A DNA stretch of 64,000 nt from a virus: the IMG/VR virus record IMGVR_UViG_3300036715_001865, positions 126,392-190,391 of that record. One strand, given 5' to 3'. The notes under the pieces are model-generated. The model made no database searches, was not told where the DNA came from, and saw nothing but the letters and a program-made list of their open reading frames with translations. Of this stretch, positions 55,763 to 64,000 are shown piece by piece (position 1 is the first letter of the stretch; every line of letters starts with the position of its first letter). The position numbers and the translations under genes are program-made.

Positions 55763-55794
55763 AAACCGCCGGTTAGGTTAAACCGGCGGTTTTC
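55763..55794 (+). terminator. Intrinsic terminator closing the gene plus ncRNA unit
   Basis: 12-bp stem AAACCGCCGGTT/AACCGGCGGTTT. Confidence 0.85.
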
Positions 55795-55866
55795 CTACGT
55801 CTGGTGTGTTGTAATTTAATATATTATAGTATATAATACACTTTCCAACATGAATAAGGAATCCTT

Positions 55867-56490
55867 ATGATATCAAAAAAGATTGTACTTGCGTCCAGCA
55901 ACCGAACAAAATTGCGTGAAATTAACTACATGGCTCAAGCATTCAACGGCCCAAGCTTTTCAATTGATTTAGTCGATCAATCAAACTTTAGAACTCCTGA
56001 TGCGAGAGAAACGGGAACCACATTTGTGGAGAATGCCATTATAAAAGCAAGACACGCTTGTCATTATAGTGATTTACCAGCTATTGCAGATGATTCAGGA
56101 TTAATCGTTGATGCCTTAGGATATTTAGGACCAGGTGTTCGCACATCCAGATATGCTGGTGAACATGCAACAAAAGACGATAACATCAAAAAATTACTGA
56201 CGGCTATGTTGGGTATTCCAAGTGCCCAACGAATTGCACGATTGGTATCAGTTGTTGTTTACATGAGAGATGCAAATGATCCTTGTCCAATAATTACAAC
56301 TGGTGTCTGGGAAGGTTCTATTGGATATATTCCACAAGGGATGGGTGGTAGTTGTTTTGACTCTATATTCTGGCCATTCAATGTTGATTGTTCAGTTGCA
56401 CAATTAACTGTTGCTGAGCTGGCTGTTGTTAGTCATCGTGGTATTGCAATCTCAGAAATGTTCAACCACATAAAAGAGGAATGTAAATGA
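55867..56490 (+). CDS. rdgB: Non-canonical purine NTP pyrophosphatase (RdgB/HAM1)
   Basis: LASSNRTKLRE, ETGTTFVENAIIKA, ADDSGL, PGVRTSRYAG, SHRG. Confidence 0.92.
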   Translation: MISKKIVLASSNRTKLREINYMAQAFNGPSFSIDLVDQSNFRTPDARETGTTFVENAIIKARHACHYSDLPAIADDSGLIVDALGYLGPGVRTSRYAGEHATKDDNIKKLLTAMLGIPSAQRIARLVSVVVYMRDANDPCPIITTGVWEGSIGYIPQGMGGSCFDSIFWPFNVDCSVAQLTVAELAVVSHRGIAISEMFNHIKEECK

Positions 56491-56735
56491 ATTTTGATCC
56501 AATAGATATACAGGTGTTTAGTAAGATGGTACCTCGAAGTATAGCTCAAGATATTGTTGGTGTACAACCTATGGATCCAGAATTGTTAACTGGGCTGATG
56601 AAATTTACTTCTCAGCCTACCAGTTATAAACAAGGACAATTGATTCATCAATTTGGAGTGGGGTGGTTAAGATATCACGGAACTGAGTTTATATCAGAAG
56701 AGTTGTATGAACAACTAACAAAACAAGAATCGTAA
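56487..56735 (+). CDS. Small protein with gp23-like IAxDIVGVQPM motif
   Basis: SIAQDIVGVQPM. Confidence 0.6.
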   Translation: MNFDPIDIQVFSKMVPRSIAQDIVGVQPMDPELLTGLMKFTSQPTSYKQGQLIHQFGVGWLRYHGTEFISEELYEQLTKQES

Positions 56736-56830
56736 TTTATACCCCTATTGACTTATTCATTAATTGATGTATAATAATCGAATAAGTTAATAAAACTTTG
56801 TCCCCCTCACCAAAACTGGAGAATACAAAT

Positions 56831-57007
56831 ATGAGCATGAATAGCAATGATAGTGATGACAACAATTGGATGTGGATTGCTGTTATAGTATTGGGGATCT
56901 GTGGTGCAGCTACAACAATGTATGACAAACACCAAAAGTCTCAGGTAGCAATTGCACAATTGAATGCAGGTTGCAATGGAGGGTCAATTGTCACACTCCC
57001 TAGATAA
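56831..57007 (+). CDS. Small membrane protein
   Basis: Promoter 56748-56775, SD GGAG. Confidence 0.55.
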   Translation: MSMNSNDSDDNNWMWIAVIVLGICGAATTMYDKHQKSQVAIAQLNAGCNGGSIVTLPR

Positions 57008-57166
57008 ATTTAACGTTGATGAGTGGATGTCACAAGAAGTTATCAACGAAAAATTAGATACTTTCAACAAAACTGGTGATTGGTCTATTTTTGATGATGT
57101 GCCTGCTATTCAACATGTGAGTATTATGTATCCACATACAGTGGAATTACTTGATGTCCAACCAAA

Positions 57167-57349
57167 ATGATTGTATGTGTTTGTAATAATATAAATGAAC
57201 AAAAAATTCAGGAAGAATTAAACAATGGTGCTCGAGTGAGCACCATTGTTAAAGCTCATAAGTGTCATAAGTGTGCAAAATGTATTCCTATGATAAGAGA
57301 AATGTATCAAAAACATATTAACCACGTCGAAACAAGAGTAACTGATTAA
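57167..57349 (+). CDS. bfd: Bfd-like [2Fe-2S] protein
   Basis: MIVCVCNNINE...CHKCAKC. Confidence 0.8.
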   Translation: MIVCVCNNINEQKIQEELNNGARVSTIVKAHKCHKCAKCIPMIREMYQKHINHVETRVTD

Positions 57350-57400
57350 TATCAGTTGGTGGTTCAACCCACCATTCGACACTTACAGAAAGGTATTAAC

Positions 57401-57880
57401 ATGAGTAATATATTAACAGGTGTTGGAGTAATTAAATACAATCCACCTAGACCAGGTATGAAACATAGAACTGATTGGTGGGCTGTGTTGGATGTTAATA
57501 AAGAATTGACCAGATACTACAGATGGTGGCTTGAATTTGAACAACACATTCATTTACAACCTCCAAGTTGGGATTGTCATATTTCTATCGTAAGAGGTGA
57601 AAAACCACAACCTGAGTTTATAGATGGTTGGAAAAAGTATCAAGGTGAGCGATTAGAGTTTACCTATACACATGGAGTTATCAGAGTAGGCAGAAGTTTA
57701 CGAACTGATGCAAGAGCGGAAAATGCAACTGGTGGAGAGTACTATTTTATTGATGTTGTTTGTCCAAGATTGGATGAGATTCGGAAAGAACTAGGACTTA
57801 AAACTGGATTCAATCATCACTTAACGATTGGTAGGACCTACGAATATTTAAGTAAACACGAAAACAAACCAAAGAGGTAA
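57401..57880 (+). CDS. Putative 2H phosphoesterase
   Basis: CHISIVRGE and HHLTIG (two Hx[S/T] motifs). Confidence 0.55.
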   Translation: MSNILTGVGVIKYNPPRPGMKHRTDWWAVLDVNKELTRYYRWWLEFEQHIHLQPPSWDCHISIVRGEKPQPEFIDGWKKYQGERLEFTYTHGVIRVGRSLRTDARAENATGGEYYFIDVVCPRLDEIRKELGLKTGFNHHLTIGRTYEYLSKHENKPKR

Positions 57881-57884
57881 TATT

Positions 57885-58133
57885 ATGGCAATAAAAGTAT
57901 TGTTTGCACCAGGCACATTGGAAGCATTGGAAGAAGAACTGTCTCCAGAGGACCTCCAAGAGTTCATGGATAATCTCAAAGCTAAAATGGATGATGGGAG
58001 TCTAGGAGATGATGCTACTCTTATTGATATGGACGAGCTTCAGAAATCTGATCCGGAGACATACAATCACATTTTAGCACAGATTGCTATGATGGAAGTT
58101 GATATGATGGAAACCCCAAGAGTGCTTCACTAA
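57885..58133 (+). CDS. Hypothetical acidic protein
   Basis: 82-aa ORF. Confidence 0.7.
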   Translation: MAIKVLFAPGTLEALEEELSPEDLQEFMDNLKAKMDDGSLGDDATLIDMDELQKSDPETYNHILAQIAMMEVDMMETPRVLH

Positions 58134-58169
58134 CCTAGTTGTATAAATATTCAATTTCAAGGATGATAT

Positions 58170-58769
58170 ATGAATAATGTAGTAGTGATGATATCAGGAG
58201 AAGGAACAACATTGCAATCTTTATTGGATAATTGCAAGGTTGCAAATGTTGTTGGAGTTATTTCAAATAATGCTTGTGTGGGAGGGATTACTAGATCAAT
58301 TTTCTCTAATGTCCCACACATTAAAGTGTTTGTTCCATATCCTCAAGAATGTTCTGGTTCATATGAAGGAAGATTAATAAACGGTTTGAATGATATTATA
58401 AAAAAAGCTGGTGGAGTAAAATTTATTGTGCTTGCTGGATTTATGAAAATTTTATCAGCAGATTTTATTGAGTATTACAACAATAAAGGAATACAAATCG
58501 TTAATATTCACCCATCACTTCTTCCAAATCATAAGGGGTTAAATACACACAAAAGAGTTTTGGCAAATGATGACGAGAGTCATGGAATGACTATTCACTA
58601 TGTTACGGATAAAGTTGATAGTGGGGAGATTATTTTTCAAAGATCTTTCTATGTAACTGATGCTGATACAGTTTCAACATTGGAACGGAAAGTAAAACAA
58701 TTAGAGCAAATGTATTATCCATTAGTAGTAGATGATTTATTGGTTAAAATGGACAATCTTATTGCATAG
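58170..58769 (+). CDS. purN: Phosphoribosylglycinamide formyltransferase
   Basis: MISGEGTTLQ, VLAGFMKILS, NIHPSLLP, HGMTIHYVTDKVDSG; TATAAATA at 58142. Confidence 0.92.
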   Translation: MNNVVVMISGEGTTLQSLLDNCKVANVVGVISNNACVGGITRSIFSNVPHIKVFVPYPQECSGSYEGRLINGLNDIIKKAGGVKFIVLAGFMKILSADFIEYYNNKGIQIVNIHPSLLPNHKGLNTHKRVLANDDESHGMTIHYVTDKVDSGEIIFQRSFYVTDADTVSTLERKVKQLEQMYYPLVVDDLLVKMDNLIA

Positions 58770-58789
58770 ATATTTTTGGTGGAGGGTAA

Positions 58790-59646
58790 ATGGTTAAAGA
58801 CAAGCGACATGATAAAATATTCTTCCAACGGAGCAAAGGTATGGCTACATTTGTTATAAACATTATCGCCACACCCGAGGTGTAGAAAGCATTGGGTTTG
58901 AAGGTGATGAATATGATTATGAAGAGTCAGATAGAACCATTGTTGGCTCTCGAGTAAGTACTTCTACCATCCAACTTTACCAAGTTGGATGGGGCGACAA
59001 TATGAAAGGTCGTCGAAATTTTAGAACAGCTATTAGACGATACATATCAAAACAAGTTGGCCGTAAATGGGACGACGTGTATAGTGAACTAAGTTCTAAA
59101 TGTGATCAACGCACCTTTCGGTCCACACAATTATTTGAGTGTATTAATAGTGACGTTTGTACAAATATTGGAGTACATGATGATAAGTTGTACATATACG
59201 ACAGTAATTATATCCACCCTGTGGACCAATATTCGTGGACTCGTTGGTATGTTGATCCAAGAGATGGTATTTTGTATGATCGTCCCTATTTCAGAAACCC
59301 ATTTAAAGCTCGTTATAAAAAAGAACGAGCTCGTAAGAAATTGGAACTTGCAAACAACATTAGAGTTATTGACAAATATACTGAATATCACTTGATTGAT
59401 GACCTTTGGTATAAAATTAAGTTTGAATACAATACCCTTTACCCTTCTGTGCAGCAACGGTATTCCCCCCATTCATCCGAATACCAAGAGTGTATTGTTT
59501 GGAAATACCATTATAGATATGATATGTTGACGGGTAGCCAGAGAGCTAACCGTACAGCGGTTGCTAAACTCACAGCATCAAAAAGAGATATTAGAAAGTT
59601 CAAATTATGCAAATTGGTTTTAGATGAAGAAGTTGTGACACCATAA
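58790..59646 (+). CDS. Hypothetical protein, probably extended 5' through a -1 frameshift
   Basis: Strong SD plus ATG at 58790; the 59002 frame is open from 58816; RRYISKQVGRKWDDVYSE. Confidence 0.55.
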
Positions 59647-59674
59647 ATATAGTATTCTAACAAAGGAGACAGAT

Positions 59675-60049
59675 ATGAGTGGTTTGGTGTTAATAAATAG
59701 TGAAGTACAATTTGCTGAAAAAATTGTAAAAACAGTTACTGTATTGCGTAGCACATCAATTAATATGGGTGTGCGTATATGGTATCAAGTACTTACAGAT
59801 GAACTTGAAATGTTTCAACGATGGTCCATGTTAATGGATCCAACTGATGAAGTATTAATGTGTACACAACCTGGTGATATTTTGGATATTGAATTCATTC
59901 AAAATGTAGCAGAAGATTTGGTTAATTTAACCTTTGAACCATTCGAACGCAATGTGATATCATCTGCAAAATTTAATGAAGCTTTCCAACAAACAATGAA
60001 ACCAAAAGCACCAACCAAGGCAAAAGCAGCCAAAACACCAAAGGTGTAA
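59675..60049 (+). CDS. Hypothetical late protein
   Basis: ATAAATA at 59643; SD AGGAG. Confidence 0.7.
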   Translation: MSGLVLINSEVQFAEKIVKTVTVLRSTSINMGVRIWYQVLTDELEMFQRWSMLMDPTDEVLMCTQPGDILDIEFIQNVAEDLVNLTFEPFERNVISSAKFNEAFQQTMKPKAPTKAKAAKTPKV

Positions 60050-60051
60050 TT

Positions 60052-61344
60052 ATGAGTATTATGAAACAGTTTATTGGAGATGAGTTCACACAATCAGCTA
60101 AATTATTAGTGTTTGAGAATGTATCATTTCCAAATGGATTCGCAAAGTTTCTTGAGGCGTTGGTTGTTGAAGGGATTACTAGTGAAGACCCAACTCGACA
60201 ATCATTAACATCTGGATACAGATGGTTAGATGAAGTCGCTGTTGGGGGGGTACAACTGGAGACATCTGTATATCCATACAATAGCCACAAAATTGCTGGT
60301 GATATTTCCATCAAAGGTCCAAAAGATAAAATCGAAATTATCCAATCCATTTTGGAAAGGCAAAATGCGTCATATGATGGTTCTGTTGTCCCAGATGATA
60401 TTGAACTAAACATTGAATATCATCGCACACTAAACCCATTATTGTGGGAAGATATAGGTGGAGAATACTCCCTCCTTGAAGATGTACAGGATGCACTAGA
60501 TGCATTGGGTGAAGAGTTTTTTACCTTTTTAGATATGCCAGGGTTAACTGTGGAAGATGTTACCCTCACCGGTAGTAGTGCAAACTTTAATTGGAACGAA
60601 TCCAGTGATATGGATATTCATTTGGTAGTTGACCTAAAAAAGGCTGAGAAGAAGTTTGGTAAGTTGTGTGGACCATATTTTGATGCTTGTAAAAAAGTGT
60701 GGAATAATTTGCATAACATTGATATCAAAGGTATTCCTGTGGAATTTTATGTTCAGGATAAGGATGAAGTTCATAATAGTACTGGTGTTTATTCTATTGC
60801 TGATGAAGAGTGGGTTGTTGAGCCATCATATGATGAACCAGATTATGATGATAATGATGTCAAATTGAAAACAGCTGAGTGGATCAATAAAATCACTGAA
60901 ATACTATCAAGCAATCAACCAGATGCCATTGCAGACTTTATGCAGAAATTGAGTAGATTGAGACAAGCTGGTTTGGACAAAGGTGGAGAATTTTCTACTG
61001 AAAATTTAGCATTTAAAGCATTGCGAAATGGGGGATATTTAGACCTATTAGCAGATACTAAATCTAAAATATGGGATAAAGAAATGAGCTTATCATTAGA
61101 TGATATTGGTGCAGAAGAAGAGGAAGAACTTAGTCCTTGGGAAGAATTAGGATACGGTAAAAAACGAACTGTATCTCAACCGGTTGGTCCGGCTCCAAAG
61201 AAATCAAGAATCAATTTAAATGTTCCGTTTGCCCATAAAGATGCAGCCAAGCGTGCTGGTGCTAGATGGGATGCTGGAATCAGAAAATGGTACATGCTTG
61301 TAACACCAGATGAACTTAAAAAAATTCCACATGTGTGGCGATAA
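60052..61344 (+). CDS. Pol-beta-superfamily nucleotidyltransferase with C-terminal DUF5710-like module
   Basis: LTGSSAN...SDMDIHL, VEFYVQD, GEFSTENLAFK; LNVPFAHKDAAKRAGARWD...WY. Confidence 0.75.
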   Translation: MSIMKQFIGDEFTQSAKLLVFENVSFPNGFAKFLEALVVEGITSEDPTRQSLTSGYRWLDEVAVGGVQLETSVYPYNSHKIAGDISIKGPKDKIEIIQSILERQNASYDGSVVPDDIELNIEYHRTLNPLLWEDIGGEYSLLEDVQDALDALGEEFFTFLDMPGLTVEDVTLTGSSANFNWNESSDMDIHLVVDLKKAEKKFGKLCGPYFDACKKVWNNLHNIDIKGIPVEFYVQDKDEVHNSTGVYSIADEEWVVEPSYDEPDYDDNDVKLKTAEWINKITEILSSNQPDAIADFMQKLSRLRQAGLDKGGEFSTENLAFKALRNGGYLDLLADTKSKIWDKEMSLSLDDIGAEEEEELSPWEELGYGKKRTVSQPVGPAPKKSRINLNVPFAHKDAAKRAGARWDAGIRKWYMLVTPDELKKIPHVWR

Positions 61345-61345
61345 T

Positions 61346-61567
61346 ATGGATACACTACCTCACACTTCTTCCACACAATTATTGGAGGATATGAAAAAGT
61401 GGACATATAAAGATTTAGAGCCAATGGATGATATACGTGATTCGTTCACGTTTGCAGAATTATATCTTGGCAAGTTTTCTGAACCATCAGAAAAAATCAA
61501 CCAAGATCGCTTGGATTATGCTGAATATAGACGTTACCAGCGGCAGTTGAATAACAATAAAGAATAA
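61346..61567 (+). CDS. Hypothetical protein
   Basis: Start reset to 61346. Confidence 0.55.
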   Translation: MDTLPHTSSTQLLEDMKKWTYKDLEPMDDIRDSFTFAELYLGKFSEPSEKINQDRLDYAEYRRYQRQLNNNKE

Positions 61568-61636
61568 CGTATAATATGTTTTACCCCCTCTGGAAAGACT
61601 GGAGGGGTTTCATTTAACAGTAAAGGAGATTTACTT

Positions 61637-63070
61637 ATGTTCGAACCAACAAGTTTTAAACACACAATCAACGACTATAACCTGCTATTGGATACTGATT
61701 CATATAAAGCTGGGCATTGGTTACAATATCCACCAAATACCACACAAGTGTTCTCCTATATTGAGAGCAGAGGTGGTAAGTATGATGAAACTGTTTTCTT
61801 TGGTCTTCAGTATTACTTAATGGAATTTTTATCCAGACCAATCACCCAAGAAAATATTGATGAAGCAAAGGCATTGTGGCCTGTTCATGGTGAACCCTTC
61901 AACGAAGAAGGTTGGCAATATATTTTGGATACCTATGATGGCTTCTTACCAATTGTTGTTAATGCAATTCCTGAAGGAACTGTTGTCCCAACTGGTAATT
62001 ATTTGTGTTCAATTACGAATACTGATCCAAAGTGTTATTGGTTACCATCTCATTTGGAAACTGGTTTATTACGAGCAGTTTGGTACGGTACCACCGTTGC
62101 AACACAAAGCTATACAATCAAACAAATTATCAAAAAGTACTTAACAGCAACTGCTACAAAAGATGTATTGGACTCATTAGAGTTTAGGTTACATGACTTT
62201 GGTGCTCGTGGTGTTAGTTCTTATGAAAGTTCTGGTTTGGGTAGTATGGCCCATTTGGTTAATTTCAAAGGAACAGATACCATTCAAGGTGTTAGACAAG
62301 CAAGAAAGTATTACGGTGAACATATTGCTGGTTTCTCAGTTCCTGCATCTGAACATTCTTCCATGACTACATGGGGAAGAGATGGTGAAGTTAAAGCGTA
62401 CGAAAATATGATTGACCAATTTGGTAAACCAAATCAAGTTGTATCCATTGTTGTAGATTCATATGACACAATGAATGCTATTAAAAACCTACTTGGTAAA
62501 CAATTAAAATACAAGATTGAAGAATCAGGTATGAATTTAGTTGTTCGACCTGATAGTGGTGTGCCAGAAGACATTGTTCTTGAAGTTGTTGAATTAATGG
62601 CTGAAGCATTTGGTTATACCACCAACAACAAAGGCTATAAAGTATTAGGTGCTGGCACAAGAGTTCTACAAGGTGATGGTATTGACCAATATTCAATTGT
62701 TGAAATTCTTGAAAATCTGATGCAACATGGTTGGTCTGCTGAAAATGTATTTTTTGGTATGGGTGGTGCATTGTTGCAAGGTGTTAATCGTGATACGTTG
62801 AAATTTGCAATGAAAGCATCTGCTGCTTGTATTGATGGTGAATGGGTTGATGTGTACAAAGACCCAATTACAGATTCTGGCAAACGATCTAAAAAAGGTG
62901 TGATTGATTTGTACAGACGAAAAGACACTAAAGTGTATGTTACAGGTCGAGTATCTGACACAACAGATATGAAATTGATGGAAAGTGTATCTCGTCCAGT
63001 GTTCAAAAACGGTTTATTGTTAATCGAAGACGATTTAACTTCAATCAGAAAAAGAACTACCAAAAAGTAG
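61637..63070 (+). CDS. nadV: Nicotinamide phosphoribosyltransferase
   Basis: DTDSYKAGH, FFGLQY, LHDFGARG, SVPASEHS, VDSYD, VRPDSG, QGDG, FGMGG, NRDT. Confidence 0.93.
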   Translation: MFEPTSFKHTINDYNLLLDTDSYKAGHWLQYPPNTTQVFSYIESRGGKYDETVFFGLQYYLMEFLSRPITQENIDEAKALWPVHGEPFNEEGWQYILDTYDGFLPIVVNAIPEGTVVPTGNYLCSITNTDPKCYWLPSHLETGLLRAVWYGTTVATQSYTIKQIIKKYLTATATKDVLDSLEFRLHDFGARGVSSYESSGLGSMAHLVNFKGTDTIQGVRQARKYYGEHIAGFSVPASEHSSMTTWGRDGEVKAYENMIDQFGKPNQVVSIVVDSYDTMNAIKNLLGKQLKYKIEESGMNLVVRPDSGVPEDIVLEVVELMAEAFGYTTNNKGYKVLGAGTRVLQGDGIDQYSIVEILENLMQHGWSAENVFFGMGGALLQGVNRDTLKFAMKASAACIDGEWVDVYKDPITDSGKRSKKGVIDLYRRKDTKVYVTGRVSDTTDMKLMESVSRPVFKNGLLLIEDDLTSIRKRTTKK

Positions 63071-63300
63071 TGAAGTTGATTTAAAAAGAAAATGTAGTAT
63101 AATAGTCAAATCATCTGAGAAAATAAGATGATAAAGAAACATCAAATCTTCCATCCAGTAGTTCTGATGTTGATTTTAAAATAAAAATGTAGTAAAATAT
63201 ATTCATCAGTTAAAGTATTAACTGACTTTTCTTACTCCTATCATCACAATGGTGAGGTGATAGGAGATTTTTTTAACAATAACCTATAAGGAATATAACC

Positions 63301-64000
63301 ATGAGAAAATTACTTTTAACTTCAGCCATTGCAGTAGCATTGTCGGTTGGTATTGCATCTGCGGACCCATCTGTTACTTCAACTTTGAATGGCACTATTT
63401 ATACGGGTGCAAATGTATTTGCTGGCCCAGGTGGTGCTGTATATCAATCAGCGACTGGCACACTTTCATCTGGCACGGTGATTACTACTGGCCAATTCGC
63501 ACAAAATCCATATTCAATTACAACTCCTGCAACCTCATTAACTCCTAGCAGCACAACTAATTATGCAGGCTTCAGTGGCGCTCCTACTGTGGCGGTTGTA
63601 ACAAGCACAACTGCAACTGCAAGTGAAGCTCACTTAGCATCTGGCAATGCAGGCGCCCTTCCTTTTTGGACCGGTGGTATTGCAGGTGCTGGCGTAAACA
63701 GTATTGTTGCTGGTAATGCATTGACGGTGGTTAAAGATTTGACTGTTCCAGTTACCACAATCGTTCCAGGTGCTCCAGGTGTTATTACCATCTGGGGGAA
63801 AGATGGTGCTACTGGTGCTACTGGTGCTACTGGTGCTACTGGTGCTACTGGTGCTACTGGTGCTACTGGTGCTACTGGTGCTACTGGTGCTACTGGTGCT
63901 ACTGGTGCTACTGGTGCTACTGGTGCTACTGGTGCTACTGGTGCTACTGGTGCTACTGGTGCTACTGGTGCTACTGGTGCTACTGGTGCTACTGGTGCTA
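63301..64000 (+). CDS. Exported collagen-like protein (partial)
   Basis: ATG at 63301; signal peptide [21 protein letters not shown]; T/G/A-rich region then (Gly-Ala-Thr)n to the window edge. Confidence 0.8.
   Translation, partial: MRKLLLTSAIAVALSVGIASADPSVTSTLNGTIYTGANVFAGPGGAVYQSATGTLSSGTVITTGQFAQNPYSITTPATSLTPSSTTNYAGFSGAPTVAVVTSTTATASEAHLASGNAGALPFWTGGIAGAGVNSIVAGNALTVVKDLTVPVTTIVPGAPGVITIWGKDGATGATGATGATGATGATGATGATGATGATGATGATGATGATGATGATGATGATGATGATGATGA
63805..64000. repeat. Perfect 9-bp tandem repeat GGTGCTACT, at least 21 copies
   Basis: In frame with the 63301 ORF; encodes Gly-X-Y triplets. Confidence 0.95.

Noticed and set aside
1-64000. Stop-codon reassignment
   Set aside because: Recognisable enzymes are full length in code 11, TAG and TGA end genes normally, and no suppressor tRNA was found.

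Overview
A 64-kb, AT-rich segment of a large tailed phage, most likely a T4-superfamily-like jumbo phage. It has TATAAATA late promoters and many sigma70-type GTTGA-N16/17-TATAAT promoters, and is read with the standard genetic code. The left ~18 kb is mostly minus strand: replication and nucleotide genes (type II topoisomerase, primase, NAD-dependent ligase, DHFR, ThyA, MazG), Acb1, Thg1, a pectate-lyase-like protein and Def, with Prs just beyond. The rest is almost all plus strand: NadM-Nudix, a J-domain-kinase/vWA/PurA-like cluster, GroES, a macrodomain, RNA ligase 1, three atypical kinases, about 24 tRNA genes interleaved with small ORFs and endonucleases, RdgB, PurN, a nucleotidyltransferase, NAMPT and a collagen-like ORF running off the edge. 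The most striking signals are non-coding. (1) A circularly permuted two-piece tmRNA (tag ANSENYALAA) with its own late promoter. (2) Two tandem tRNA-like modules permuted at the anticodon loop (T arm, acceptor closed by a linker, D arm) directly behind an uncharacterised 257-aa gene. (3) A dispersed four-copy Y-RNA-like family next to tRNAs. (4) Several other structured RNAs in the tRNA cluster. Two free-standing endonuclease genes have left remnants of the gene ends they replaced. Prs, NadM-Nudix and NAMPT could form a closed NAD+ recycling loop. All family names come from motif recognition by eye; no database searches were run.
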